Counted from the first letter of the stretch, positions 40,826-52,456 are shown. The stretch is DNA of 64,000 bases from a virus (IMGVR_UViG_3300045125_000040:94791-158790), one strand, 5' to 3'. Program-made: numbers and translations. The notes: generated from the sequence alone by a model not told the origin.

Positions 40826-41847
40826 ACTTTACTCCATTTCTGTAATGCTAGTTTCGCTGCAAGGTCTTTATGTGTATTCTGATCAATTATATACTTTATG
40901 AAGTCAGATGTCAAGCCCGCCAGAACCATATCATTAATATCTTTATGATGTAGATTTTCTGGCCAGATACAAACACTATATCCCTGCATAATCGCCTTAT
41001 CTAACTTCTTATAAGTCTCTTTACTTCTTGGTTCATTATCATATACAATTACCACGTTCTGACTTGCTGAGAGTGCTGATTGCAGATACCAGGTCGCCGC
41101 CAGCAGTAGCAACAGAATTTGGAATAAACATAGAATCGAGCGGACCTTCCACGACATATATGCGCTTTGAACCATCCAGAGTGTCCAGACCATACAATTT
41201 AGGTACATCAGACCTAAGTATAATTGTAATGTATTTAACTTTCGAAGATCCCCGAAGAGATCTTCCTTGGAAGGCATGAACGGACTTATTAACATCCAGA
41301 AAAGGAATAAGAAGTCTTGTCTCATCCTTAACCAAAGCTTCAGTTGAAAACTTGTCGGGAATGTGATCATTGACGAAATGCATAAAATTAGGACAAGCAA
41401 ATAACTTGGCATGATATTCATTAGGTATCTTTCTGGCTACAACAAACTTTTTAATTGGATTATCAGGATTTAACTGACTAACCTTCTTCAAACCTTTAAG
41501 AATACCTGATCGCATGTATACAGGTTTCTTTAGTTTTTCAACAAACCTTTCTAGGTCTAATTGCTGTTCTGATTTTGCATCTTTTAGTTTTTCAAGCTGG
41601 TATTCATTGTAGATATTCTCATCAATCAGTTTAATAAATTTAGGAATGCCCATTGTAGCATTACAATTGTGACAATGGAACATTAATTTACCTTCTTTTG
41701 GTAAATATATCCTCGTGCTTTAGTTTTATTGGTTTCAGAGTCGCCACAAATGGGACACCTGAAGTTGTAAAGGGTTGGACCTTTTCTCTTGAACTTCTCT
41801 AATCTAGGAGAGATAATACCAATATACTTATGAGCCAACCAATCCAT
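40822..41847 (-). CDS. 61: DNA primase gp61 (rejoined)
   Basis: FRCPICGDS, CHNC zinc finger; VEGPLDSMF, YDNEPR, KDINDM. Confidence 0.95.
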
Positions 41848-41881
41848 TAAATAATCCTTTATATTTCACGATCACAGTATT

Positions 41882-41909
41882 ATTATACCATGAGAGAAAT
41901 ATTTGTCAA
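41882..41909 (-). promoter_or_regulatory. Sigma70-type promoter for primase
   Basis: TTGACA-N16-TATAAT. Confidence 0.7.
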
Positions 41910-41910
41910 G

Positions 41911-42324
41911 CTAAACTTTTAGGATTATTTCTAATAATTTGTGACCATAAGCAATCAAAAATCCTGCAATGGCAATGCCGCCCATGTATGTATACATTAC
42001 CTTTTCCATGTCAGATATTTTTTTGGAAATTTTCTCATACTGCTGATTATTTTCCTCACTCATCTTTTCGATTTCTGATAATATACTTTTGTCTTCTGAT
42101 CGCATAGTATTGTAAACAATATTAAGTTTACCATCAACTTCATCTCTTCTTCTCTCAAGAACATCGACAAGACTATCCATAGTTTTTTCTTGATGTGAAA
42201 GTCTTAGTTCATGTACTGCTATCATTTTATTAAGATCAGCAGAAATTTCTGTTAATTTTGTTATAGCATCTTCAATTTTTTCTTGTCTATATTCTAAATT
42301 TGTATATGCTTTTTCATCTGCCAT
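41911..42324 (-). CDS. Coiled-coil protein with C-terminal transmembrane helix
   Basis: KMIAVHE.RL; terminal hydrophobic helix. Confidence 0.65.
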   Translation of the reverse strand: MADEKAYTNLEYRQEKIEDAITKLTEISADLNKMIAVHELRLSHQEKTMDSLVDVLERRRDEVDGKLNIVYNTMRSEDKSILSEIEKMSEENNQQYEKISKKISDMEKVMYTYMGGIAIAGFLIAYGHKLLEIILKV

Positions 42325-42820
42325 TATTCTTCTCTCTTCGTGTTTTACGAGGACCAATAATGTCTGATAAAGGCTTTCTCTTAAACATTTTAAAATTTAA
42401 AAGAGGACTATAGGTTTCTATCCCGCCATCACCAATATTATTAGTAGCAATAGCAGATTCGGTTTCAACTATATTTGATGGAATTAGCTTTTAATTTAAA
42501 CACATTTGTAAAAGTTGTATTATACTTTCTCATAATTCTTCCGGCAATAGCATTAGCTTCGTCTTCTTTTTGCCCCTCTGACTTTCTGACTTTCATTATA
42601 TTTTGTTTATAATGAAATAACTCATGAGCAATTGTTCTCATAGTATCATCAGGATGTCTATCAGTTATTCTAATAAAAATGTCGTGATTTATTGAATGCC
42701 CAAATGCATTTTTAGCATTTTCAGACTTGCCAACGAAATGAATTTTTGGTAATGTAGTGAGACCTAATTCTCTGGCCGCAAATTTTATAAATTTTTTAAT
42801 TCTAAAATTTCTCTGGCCAT
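42314..42820 (-). CDS. HExxH zincin-like protein (frameshifted; not in the ORF track)
   Basis: RHPDDTMRTIAHELFHYKQ...EDEANAIAGRIMR. Confidence 0.65.
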
Positions 42821-43209
42821 TAGATCTTCCTTAAGATATCAACTATTTTTTGATCCATCTCTATTTCATCAGTATTTACAATTTTATCATCGCCTACATC
42901 AAATAATTTATCAGGTAATATATTTAATAAAATAAGAAATGGTTTAATAAATTTCATTTGTGGTTTTAGTTTTAAATAAAGTATTTTACATGTCGCAGGT
43001 GAACCAAAACAATTATACAATATGATTATGTGATTGAGAATTAAACGTTCTTTTAATTCCCCATTATCAGTGTATCTTGTGATAAGTTTTTTAATATATT
43101 TGATTCTATTTAGATCTTCAATAAAATCTTCAGTTGATGTGTATTTCATATTGTCATAATGAGATGCACAATATAATAAAAAGTTTTCTTCTGTCAGTTT
43201 TTCATTCAT
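42820..43209 (-). CDS. Conserved T4-like hypothetical protein
   Basis: LTEENFLLY...HY.N, EDL.RIKYIK.L, LKERLILNH. Confidence 0.75.
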   Translation of the reverse strand: MNEKLTEENFLLYCASHYDNMKYTSTEDFIEDLNRIKYIKKLITRYTDNGELKERLILNHIIILYNCFGSPATCKILYLKLKPQMKFIKPFLILLNILPDKLFDVGDDKIVNTDEIEMDQKIVDILRKI

Positions 43210-43210
43210 A

Positions 43211-43484
43211 TTACCAAGTATTCAATGTTGCACGTTTCCATGTATTATTACTGACACAAACATAAAGATAATCAGTATCTCTGGCTATTGTTCCGGCAAC
43301 ACCATTAGAAGATGAATTTGCCGGAACAGTCGTTTGAAATGACAAGATTTGCAGCAAAAGTACTGAAATTAACAGTTCTAACTGAAGCATTACCAGAAGG
43401 GTCTCGGAGGACTAAGACCCTATCAGTTGCAGCTACATTAGCAGCTGTCGCTAATTGCGAGACTTTTATACTGTTATCTGTCAT
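43211..43484 (-). CDS. Small virion structural protein
   Basis: MTDNSIKVSQL...; C-terminal YLYVCVSNNTWKRATLNTW motif. Confidence 0.6.
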
Positions 43485-43494
43485 AAATTACCTA

Positions 43495-44494
43495 TTAGTT
43501 TGAGTCAGGTAGAATAGTATCTTCAGTGCTATTAGAATCAGCAGTTGTTGCTGGAGTTCCATAAGCTGCTGTCTGAGCACCAAGTGAACCCATAGCTACT
43601 AGTGTCTCGTAATGAACACGACCAGCACGACCACCAGTTCCTTCTCTACGAACTACCCAACCGGCATGTGCAACACCACTTGTTTTTACCACCACCAGCA
43701 ACAACATAGCCAGTGGCTGTATCACCCTTGATAGTGTGTGTTTCACCGGGATTAGTTGTTCTTGCATCTGTGATATCAATATTAGCACCACCAGATGTTG
43801 CTGATAGTTTAAGAACAGTTGTGTTAGCAAATGAAACATAATAATATGTATTGCCCTGTTAATCGGTGCAATAGGAGTATTACCTGTTGGAACACCATAG
43901 AATAGTCTATCACCAGCTTGCCATATTGAATTTGCAGTTGATACTAGTAGGTATCATTAGTGTTGCTAAATCCAGTTGGAATTAGCTGTAATATTAATTG
44001 CTGATGGAGCAGCAATTGCAACAGATGGATTGCTAACAATATTAGCACCAGCCTGATTAATCTTTAATGTAGTAATCTTACCAGCAAGGGTAGTTGAATT
44101 GGCAAAAGCATTAACTGCAGTTGCATTAGTTGAACCATTGGCCCAAGTTAATGTTACCGCTGCATTAGCGCCACATCCAGAACCTTGTGATGTTACATAA
44201 GTAAGAGCTAGATTACCACCGGTAACACCGGCTTCTGCTGCACTAACACCAAAAACACCAACTGCAATGTTTGCCATGAAGGCACCAACAGTAGTGTTAT
44301 TAAACATGTTAACATCTACGCCAGCACGTGAACCGGCAGAAGTGTTGCCAAAGTGTGCATTAGCACCATTCACTCTATTTACCTGATCACCCTTGACAAG
44401 TGTATATGTGCCGATTGGAGCACCATTAGATGTTTCTTTTGTAGTAGTGCTATTAGCTGTTACTGACTGAGTCGTTTCTTCCCCACTGGGCCAT
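43495..44494 (-). CDS. Virion structural protein (rejoined)
   Basis: MAQWGRND start; VAHAGWV...GTGGRAGRVHYETLVAM; late promoter upstream. Confidence 0.7.
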
Positions 44495-44509
44495 GATAGT
44501 TATCCTTTC

Positions 44510-45008
44510 TTAATTCTTTTTAGTCTTCCAGGGAATATCCTTGGGGTTGCTGATTTTCAAAACAATATATTTCTTTATTATTTATAGAATCGTAATACGC
44601 ATTTCTTTCCAGCAGAGGCTCCTGTTTTCCATATTTTGGATGAGACTCGCCTTTAACACCATAAAGATGATTATTTTTACCAGTATTAAGAATGCTTAAT
44701 TTTTTCTTATTTCTGGCCTTTTTGCAGGGTTGTTTTCTAAATTAGTTTTAATGTTTCTTAAAGATACATCTGGTCTTTTACAACCTTTTCTTTTTTACCA
44801 TTAATCCTAGAAATTTCTCGGATAATTTCTTCTTTGTCTATACAACCAGTCAAACCTTTCCATGCAATATAATCTTCTACACCAACCATGTTTTTCAAAT
44901 AAAATACGATGTGCTTCCGCATGTTCTTCAATAGATAATTCAATTATATTTGAAGGATCATTAGATCCATCCCATATGTTTAGGTATTATATGATGTTTA
45001 TGGGCCAT
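44510..45008 (-). mobile_element. HNH homing endonuclease (frameshifted; 3' end uncertain)
   Basis: MAHKHHIIPKHMG...N.IELSIEEHAEAH; NHLYGVKGESHPKYGK NUMOD-like tail. Confidence 0.7.
44579..44586 (-). promoter_or_regulatory. Late promoter TATAAATA
   Basis: Exact consensus on the minus strand. Confidence 0.7.
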
Positions 45009-45074
45009 AAGTTACCTTTTATCTATTTATTATTTTCAAAATCTAACATATCTTTTAAATAGTCAGATTTTGTG

Positions 45075-45338
45075 TTAATCTTTTTCTAAATCACCATGTA
45101 CTTGATTGACATAATGTGATGGTGGTTCTACTGTTTCTTTTTGTACAACTTGTCGGTGAATTACTTGTATTTTCTTTGGTTCAACAACAGGTTGTTTTAC
45201 TTCTTGTTTTACTTCTGGTTTTGGTTCTTCAACCTTAACTATTCTTTTTTCAATAGGGTCCCATCTGTAAGTGCCAGCCTGTGGAGTGTTTTGCTCCACA
45301 GTTTTTACTGTCATTTGCCCTTTCACAATAATAGGCAT
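45075..45338 (-). CDS. Hypothetical late protein
   Basis: 87-aa ORF coupled to the upstream stop. Confidence 0.55.
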   Translation of the reverse strand: MPIIVKGQMTVKTVEQNTPQAGTYRWDPIEKRIVKVEEPKPEVKQEVKQPVVEPKKIQVIHRQVVQKETVEPPSHYVNQVHGDLEKD

Positions 45339-48116
45339 TACTTAACCTTTTTAGAATCAGTTAAAGTCTTTCTATCCATTTTTTGAAACACCATCAGACA
45401 TATTCTCTTCGGGTGCTTCTGGAGCAAAGGCTTCAAATACAGAATTTAGATGTGCAATTTCTTCATCAGAAAATGTTACTTCTTCTTTAACTCTAGTTGG
45501 TTTGTTATCTTTAGTAACTTCACCTGATCCTTGATAATCACTGCTAGTCTTTCTGGGAGCAGTTGTCTTAGAAGATTTTGCTGGTGTTGATGTAACAGCG
45601 CCAGCACCAAGATAATCAGCTGAATCTGAATTATCTGCCTCTTCCATTTTCTTACCGGCACGAAGTGCTTTGAAATCTTCTGCATCAATCTTATCTGGAT
45701 GTCCAGCTAAAGAAGCAATTTTCTTTTGTTTATCAGATAACTTCTTAGCAGCCTCAAAGACGTTACCGGCTTTTGTATTTTGTAGTTCAAGGAATGAATC
45801 AATAAATGGATTACCAGTTGATTCTTTCATCTTCTTCTTTCCACCAGATTCTGTTCTACCAACAGATGAAACACTACCAAATCCAAATCTTGAAGTTGGG
45901 CTTCCAACAACATCCTTTGCAGAACCAGAGCCAGACATTGATGTTGGAACTCTCATGCTTGGAGGAACAGAACTTGATGGTGTTGAAGCTGGAGGTGGTG
46001 AAGAATCGGACTTCATTGGTGACTGACCAAGTTCTCTTCTTACGAAATCACTGGCTGCAGCACCGGGAGCTTCTTGTCCGGGTCTTGGTCTATTTGAAAC
46101 CAATCCTGAATCTGATGGTGAAGATACCTTTGGAGTCTGTGCTGGTCTTTCAAGAGAAGAGTTCCACCGGGAGTGCCTACACCCTTTTCGCCACCACCAG
46201 GAAGTCTTTGAACGCCACGTGCTGGATCTTCAGCAGAATCACGTGTTGTACTTGGTAATGTTTCTGGCTTACCTTGATTGTTTTTTGAATAATCAATCTT
46301 AGCTGGATCTCTTCCGGGGCTAATACTTGAAAGTGATTTATCTGGTCTTGGTCTTAAAAACTGTGGGTTTGCACTTCTTAGACCTGGATTATCCTGTGGT
46401 CCTTTTGGTCCAGCTGCTTTTGGTACAGATTGACCCGGTGCTTTTGGTTTATTTTGACCATACTTAAGAAGAATGTCTTTGCCTGTGCCTGGATCACGAT
46501 AAGTCTTTCCTGGTCCAAGCTGCTTCATTTTTTGTGCAAATGTTTTTTCAAATGGTGTCATTTCGTCAATATATTCTTCTGACATTTTTTTCTTTCCTTT
46601 TGTCTTTCCGCCACTTTCTGTGTCCCATGGCATTTTAATTTGAAATCCGGGTGCTTTTTCTGTTTCACCACCAATACTCTTTGGCATTCTCATTGGCTGT
46701 GCAGTTTCTGGTGATGCCATTGCTGGTAGAGATGTAGTCTTTGGTGCTGGTGTTGCAGCAGTATTAGCTTTTGGTGTTTCTGGTTTTGGCGTCTCTGCTT
46801 TGGGTGCAGGAACACCAACTTTAGTCTGCTTACCCATAGAAACATATTTTCTGCACCCTTTGCTGGTGCAAGATTTGTTTGATATTTCTTACCAGAATAT
46901 TCGAATTGACCTGTAGCTTTTGCGCCTTTTTCAGCAGCAGCTTTTCTGGCAGCAGCGAATGCTTGTTTGAAAGACTGTTTTGTTTCTGGTGAAACTTTGG
47001 GTGTTTCAGTCTTTGGTGTTTCCGCTGATGTAGCAGCATCTCCTGATGGAGCCTCTGCCTTTGACTCTTCGCCACTTTTAGCGCCTATTACACCAAGACC
47101 TTTTAATGCTTCGTTACCAGCAGCCAATCCTAATCCTACAACAGCGCCTCTTGCTATTTTTGTACCAAGAGAAGTTTTTGGTTTTTCTGGTGCAGGAGCT
47201 TTTTCTCCTTTTGGTGGTTCAGATGGTTTTTCTGTTCCTTTTGGTGGTTCAGGTGGTGGTGTTGTTCCACTTCCTCCACCGCTTGATTTTGGCGGTTCGG
47301 GTGGTGTTAATTTTACTTTTCCTACTGACGTGTCTGGTTTTAATTCTGGTATTCTTTCATAACCACCATGTGGCATTTTTCTAAATTTAGGAAGTTTTAA
47401 ACTCATTTCATCAATATTTCTTTGAACTTCAGCAAGAGCTTCAGAAATACTCTTTTTCTTATCAGACATTTTTTCTTTCCTCCGCTCTCTTCATCAGAAG
47501 TTTTAAATTGTTTGCCCTTGGCATAACTTGAATAATCAGGTGTTAAAGATTTACTAATATCTGTATTTATTGGTTTTGGTGTTTCAGATGCTTTTGGTGT
47601 TTCAGGTGCATTTGCTATCTCTGGCTCTTTTGGAGTCTCTGGCTCTTTTGGTTGTTCCGGTTCAAAAGAAGATTTCATTCCAATAGCACTTCTAAATTTT
47701 TTAGCTGTTTCTGCAGCAGCTTTTGCTCCAGGAACATAATCTCCTATAGCTTTGCCTATTTTTCTTCCAATGTCTGTTTCAGCGCCCATTTTTGCAAATT
47801 CTAAACCTGCCGCTGTAGGATTTACTGTAGTAATAACGTCCGTGGCAGCGCCCCAATAGTCTTTTTCTTTTGCTTTTCTAATTGGTTCTGTTACAATAGA
47901 TTTAGCACCTTCTATTCCTGCTTTTTTAATATCTTCTTTAGAACCTCCTTTCATAGCAGTATCAGCAGCTGATAACCCACCAGTGACTGCGGCAGTTCCT
48001 GTTGCCATCTTAATTCCTGTTTTTCAAAGCAGAACCAATAGCACCTTCATCAATCTGTTCTTGATTTTTTCAGCTAAAAATTTTTGAAATTCTTTAAAAT
48101 CTTTATTTGTAGTCAT
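45338..48116 (-). CDS. Large low-complexity modular head-internal protein (~920 aa if rejoined)
   Basis: Starts MTTNKDFKEFQKFLAE; recurring ESGG..KKKM and IDE junctions; P/K/A/T/G-rich. Confidence 0.6.
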
Positions 48117-49486
48117 TTGGAACTTTCCCGCTATCTACGTATGTATTGAGATCTACTCTATTTAAATCTGGATTAATAATAACATTAGGATAAACTTTTG
48201 TTTTTCCATCTTCACGATATTCTTTTGCTTCTTTTTAGCATCTTTATGAACTTTTTAATCAAAGAAGACATTTTTCTGGCTTCATCAATAATTTTATGCT
48301 TTATTTCAGAATTTCTTGCTGTCTTTGATCTAATTGTTAATGGGTCAGCATCTCTTCTGCCAACATATTCAATTTCTTTACGATCACCAGCATCTGGTCT
48401 AGGCATATTTTCAATTTTCTTACGTAGCTGACCAGCATCCTCATGAACTAATCTCTTTTTGCTCTATGAGTTAATGTTGGTGGTCTATGTCTATGTTCTA
48501 CATCCATATAATCATCTTTTGAAAGACTTGGTTTGGGCATAGAAATACCGGGAATAGGAACAACTGCAATTTTAGGTTTTGGACCCACCAGCAGGAGGGG
48601 AAGGAGCAGGTTGGAACTGGTGTTTTAGGTGCAACAGCAGGAACAGCTTTAGTGGCTGTGGGTGTTGCAGTTTTGTTGCAACTAATCCAACAGGAACACC
48701 AAGTGCAGTTGCTACTTTAGTAACTATACTTTGTTTTGGTTCTGTTGTAGTAACAGGAGTTGCTGTAGGAATTTCAGTTGCAGTTTTTGTAGCAGTTGCC
48801 GTTGTGGTTGGAACTTCTGCTTTTGTTGCAGTTGCTGTGGTTGTTGATGTTTCTGGTTTTGTAACAACTTTAGTTTCTGGTTTTACTTCAGCAGGAAGAG
48901 TTTCTGTTTTAGATGGAACAGGGAGATTAGTTTTTACTTTTTTCTCAGCTTTTTAACTAATGCAGGTAGTTGTTCTTTACCAACAACAACTAATTGTCCA
49001 AGTGAAGTTGGTTCTTTCAATTCTAATCCAGCTATTCTTTCAAGACCTTTTAATACATCAACTCTACTCTCAGCAACTCTGCCATGAATAGAGGTGATTT
49101 AGTTACCTTTGCAATGTTTCTGGCATTAGAAGCTCTTTCTGATTGTTCATTATGTCCGGGTTTAATTACAGGAGTAACAGTTTGTCTTGAAGTAAACTGT
49201 GGACCTTGAAACTTACTTGTTCCAACTACACCAATTTCTTTTAAATCTTTTTTCTTTTTACCATCTTCAGCATGTAACTTACTCAACACCGGTAGTTCCA
49301 CTACCCATGTATTCCATACCTTCAGTTGACATCTTATCAAAGTCAGCAACTTTTCCCATAGGAGCATCTATGTCTTCTCTTTTTACCTTCACGAACTTTT
49401 CTAATAGTATGTTCTAAAGATTTTTTCTTTTCACAGCAGCATTTGCCTTCATGTACTAATCTAATAGTTTGTTCTAGAGATTTCAT
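48103..49486 (-). CDS. Low-complexity head-internal protein (rejoined)
   Basis: Tandem SLE(Q/H)TIR.V.EG repeats at the N-terminus; T/A/K/P-rich middle. Confidence 0.55.
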
Positions 49487-49488
49487 TT

Positions 49489-49935
49489 TTATGCCTTTAT
49501 AAATGAACGTAGCATCCATCCATGCTTTTGATGGGCTGTTAGACGGTCTTGAATTATATTTGATACTGCATAATGTTTATGTTTTTCACATAGTTCATAT
49601 GCACTAGTTAAAGAAGCAATCACTCTTTCATTATCAGCAGCTAATTTGCTCATCATAACTAAACCATCTGGAATAACTGTTGCTTCTTCAATAGTTGTTA
49701 GTTGTAAAAATCTTTTCATTGAACCAGGTGTAAAAGCATCAAATGTTCTAATTGATTCGGCTATCAAATCAATTGCTGGATTTAATTCCTCATATAAAGA
49801 CCCAAGAAACTTGTGGTATTCAGAGAAATGAGGACCAGTAACATTCCAATGAAAATTCTGCACCTTAACTGCAAGTACATAAGTATCTGCTAGTGCAACC
49901 TTTAAAGCATCAACTGGTTCAATTTTACCTATCAT
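49489..49935 (-). CDS. dps: Dps/ferritin-like DNA-protection protein
   Basis: LAD, NFHWNVTGPHF..YH, DLIAE, K.GWML.S. Confidence 0.9.
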   Translation of the reverse strand: MIGKIEPVDALKVALADTYVLAVKVQNFHWNVTGPHFSEYHKFLGSLYEELNPAIDLIAESIRTFDAFTPGSMKRFLQLTTIEEATVIPDGLVMMSKLAADNERVIASLTSAYELCEKHKHYAVSNIIQDRLTAHQKHGWMLRSFIKA

Positions 49936-49938
49936 TTT

Positions 49939-50800
49939 TTAGCCTTTAACATTAGTTGGTTTGGGTGACTTAACATATGGCTCACCTCTGATATTAGTCT
50001 GAAACTTCTTTTTCACCATATGAGAATTCACTACCGGGGCCTTTAGCCTGTGAACGTGCAGCACTAAATGCCTGACCACGAGAGAAGAATTCTGGTCTGG
50101 ATGGTGGAGTTGGAGCATCAACCTTTGGTGCTTCGGTCTTTGGTTTATCATATGTCTTTGGTGTAAGAACGTCAGCTTCATAACTTGAAATAGAACGACC
50201 TTGTGATTTCTCTTTCATTCTGCTTGCAACATCAGAATACTTTTCACCACCAACGTCGTGTGGTTTTAGACCCTGACTATGGCCTCTTTCATATGACTTG
50301 GCTACTTCTTTAGCAGCATATGGTGCAACAACACCAGCAACTGTTCCAGCTACGCCAGTTAATGCTCTTGCACCTGTGGCAACTGCTGGAGCTACCTTGG
50401 TCATAGCCTGTCTACCAGCCTGTGCCATTCCTTTTACAACTGGACTTGTCTGTTTGGCGGCTGCCATCTTTCCACCGACATTGACACCGCCCTGAGAGAA
50501 TGATGTAGAAATTCTTGTTGGTGTTCCTCTCATTGAACCTGCTTGTCCTGCTGGCATTGATGAAGTTGGTGCTCTTGGTGGTGCTGCTCTTGTAGTTTGA
50601 ACTTTACCAGTCATAGGACCACCTTGAGCAGCCAATCTACCTGATGCTCTAGTGGACATAGATGTTGGTCTAGGAGCAGCCCTTTTTACACCGGGAACTC
50701 TTTCACCATAAACTGCAGGAGCTTCTATCTGTGGAGGAGGAGCATAAGCAGCTACTTCTTTAATAACTCTTTTGATAATTTCTATATTTTCTGGTTTCAT
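49939..50800 (-). CDS. Low-complexity basic head-internal protein (rejoined)
   Basis: IKRVIKE leader; C-terminal QAFSAAR...EFSYG.KKFQTN module. Confidence 0.6.
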
Positions 50801-50812
50801 TTGTAATTCCTC

Positions 50813-52390
50813 TTAGCAATTCCATGCACGTAGTGATTTATTAATTCCTGAATTTGGATCACGAGCAGTTTTAGCAGAAGTTAATTTAGCTTTCATGCCT
50901 TTCATTCTTGAACAGAATGATTTGCGGCGTTTTGCTGCTTTACTACCGGGTTTTAGTTTTGGAAGGCTTTGTTGTTACTGCTGTTTTTAGCTTTGAACCG
51001 GGATGTTCTCTACGATATGACTCAACACCTTTTTGGTTTAATCCGCCAGTTTCACGCTTGCCTTCTTTTCTCTGCCATGCAGGAGACTTTGCCTCTTCAA
51101 TATATTCATGAACAACTCTTTTGATTATTTGACCGGGGGTCTGTTTTGCATAAACGTCTACCAATTCATCGCTCCTATAAATCTTGATGATGGTTTTCTA
51201 AAATCTTTTGAATGCTTCTCTGCATTTTCTGAAATAACTGCTTTTTTCTTGATTTGTCTGACTACACCGGGAGATAAATCGCCTCTGTGATTAGGAACAG
51301 ATATATTTCTATCAGACTTTGGATGTTTGAAAATAGTATGACCGCCCTTTGTTCTATCTTCAGACCAACCATTTGATTTTAAATGTTTATGGAGGTCTCT
51401 TGTTGTTTCTTCTTTAACTGGACCTTTTTCGACTTTTGCCAATTTCTTGTAATAGTCTGGACGTTCAGACAAGTGATCTCGTGCAATTTCTGCAGCGTCT
51501 CTAGTATTACTTGTATGTTCTTTTTCAACTTTAATGCCTTTCTTTAAAGCCATTTTGATGTCAGATAAGGAGTATTATGTTTTTTAGCGATTGCATCTAA
51601 AGAAGGTGTAGGAACATTCAATTGTTCTTTTACTGGTACACAATCAGGAACTTCTTTTGTTCCTTTCTTCTTCATACCAACTTGTTTGTAACCAGACCAG
51701 CATTTTTCATCTAATTCTGATTCTTCTGAGACGGATTTCCATCCGCCGCCTTTTGACTTGTACCATTTAGCAGCCCAACCATTAGCATATGCAGATGGAT
51801 ATACATCAAAACTTACTGCGAGCTAATGACTTTGCCTTTGCCCAAAGGGATGGATTAGTAGGAGCATTCTTTTCTTCAAGATATTCTTCTGAAATTTTGC
51901 CTTTACCAAAATTAGAAACGTTTATTGGCTTTCCGCCTTTTCTGATCTATCTGCCACGGGATCATGTCTCCTTTTAGCAGCAACAGCGGCTGCTCTTTCT
52001 TTTAGATAATTTTGCTCTTTTTTCGTTGGACATACATTTTGGTTTAGGTTCGCCGGGTTCTCTAGCACAAGGACCAGCGACATTTCCTTTAGAATCAATA
52101 CGTTTCCATCCACCTTCGGGATGTTTAGGATTGAACCAATTTCTTAAATCTTCGTCTAATTGTGCCGCAAATCCACCAGAAATAAATGAATTTACTCTAT
52201 CAAAAGCAAATGATTCGGGTGATCCGCCAAATGCTTCTGTCCATGTGACAAATCCTCTGCGGTATACTTCTTCCAGTATATCCACAGAAATGCCTGAATT
52301 TGATGATTTTTTGTAAAGAGATAGCTTTGCTTTGTCAGATAAGTCTACGGCAGATGTATCTAGCCTGTTATAATCATTAAAACTTTTCAT
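50813..52390 (-). CDS. Multi-module late polyprotein containing a HicA-like domain (~525 aa rejoined)
   Basis: Continuous reading across indels; modules separated by LDE, LEE, VSE, VKE, ISE, IEE. Confidence 0.65.
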
Positions 52391-52456
52391 ACGGAGTTTC
52401 CCATGGGTTTTCCTATTTTATGTGAGTCTGCCGTAGCCTTATCACACTGACATTTC

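Noticed and set aside
45670-50495. Plus-strand ORFs over the low-complexity region (45670, 46967, 48579, 50298)
   Set aside because: Antisense shadows of codon-biased minus-strand genes; no RBS or promoter support
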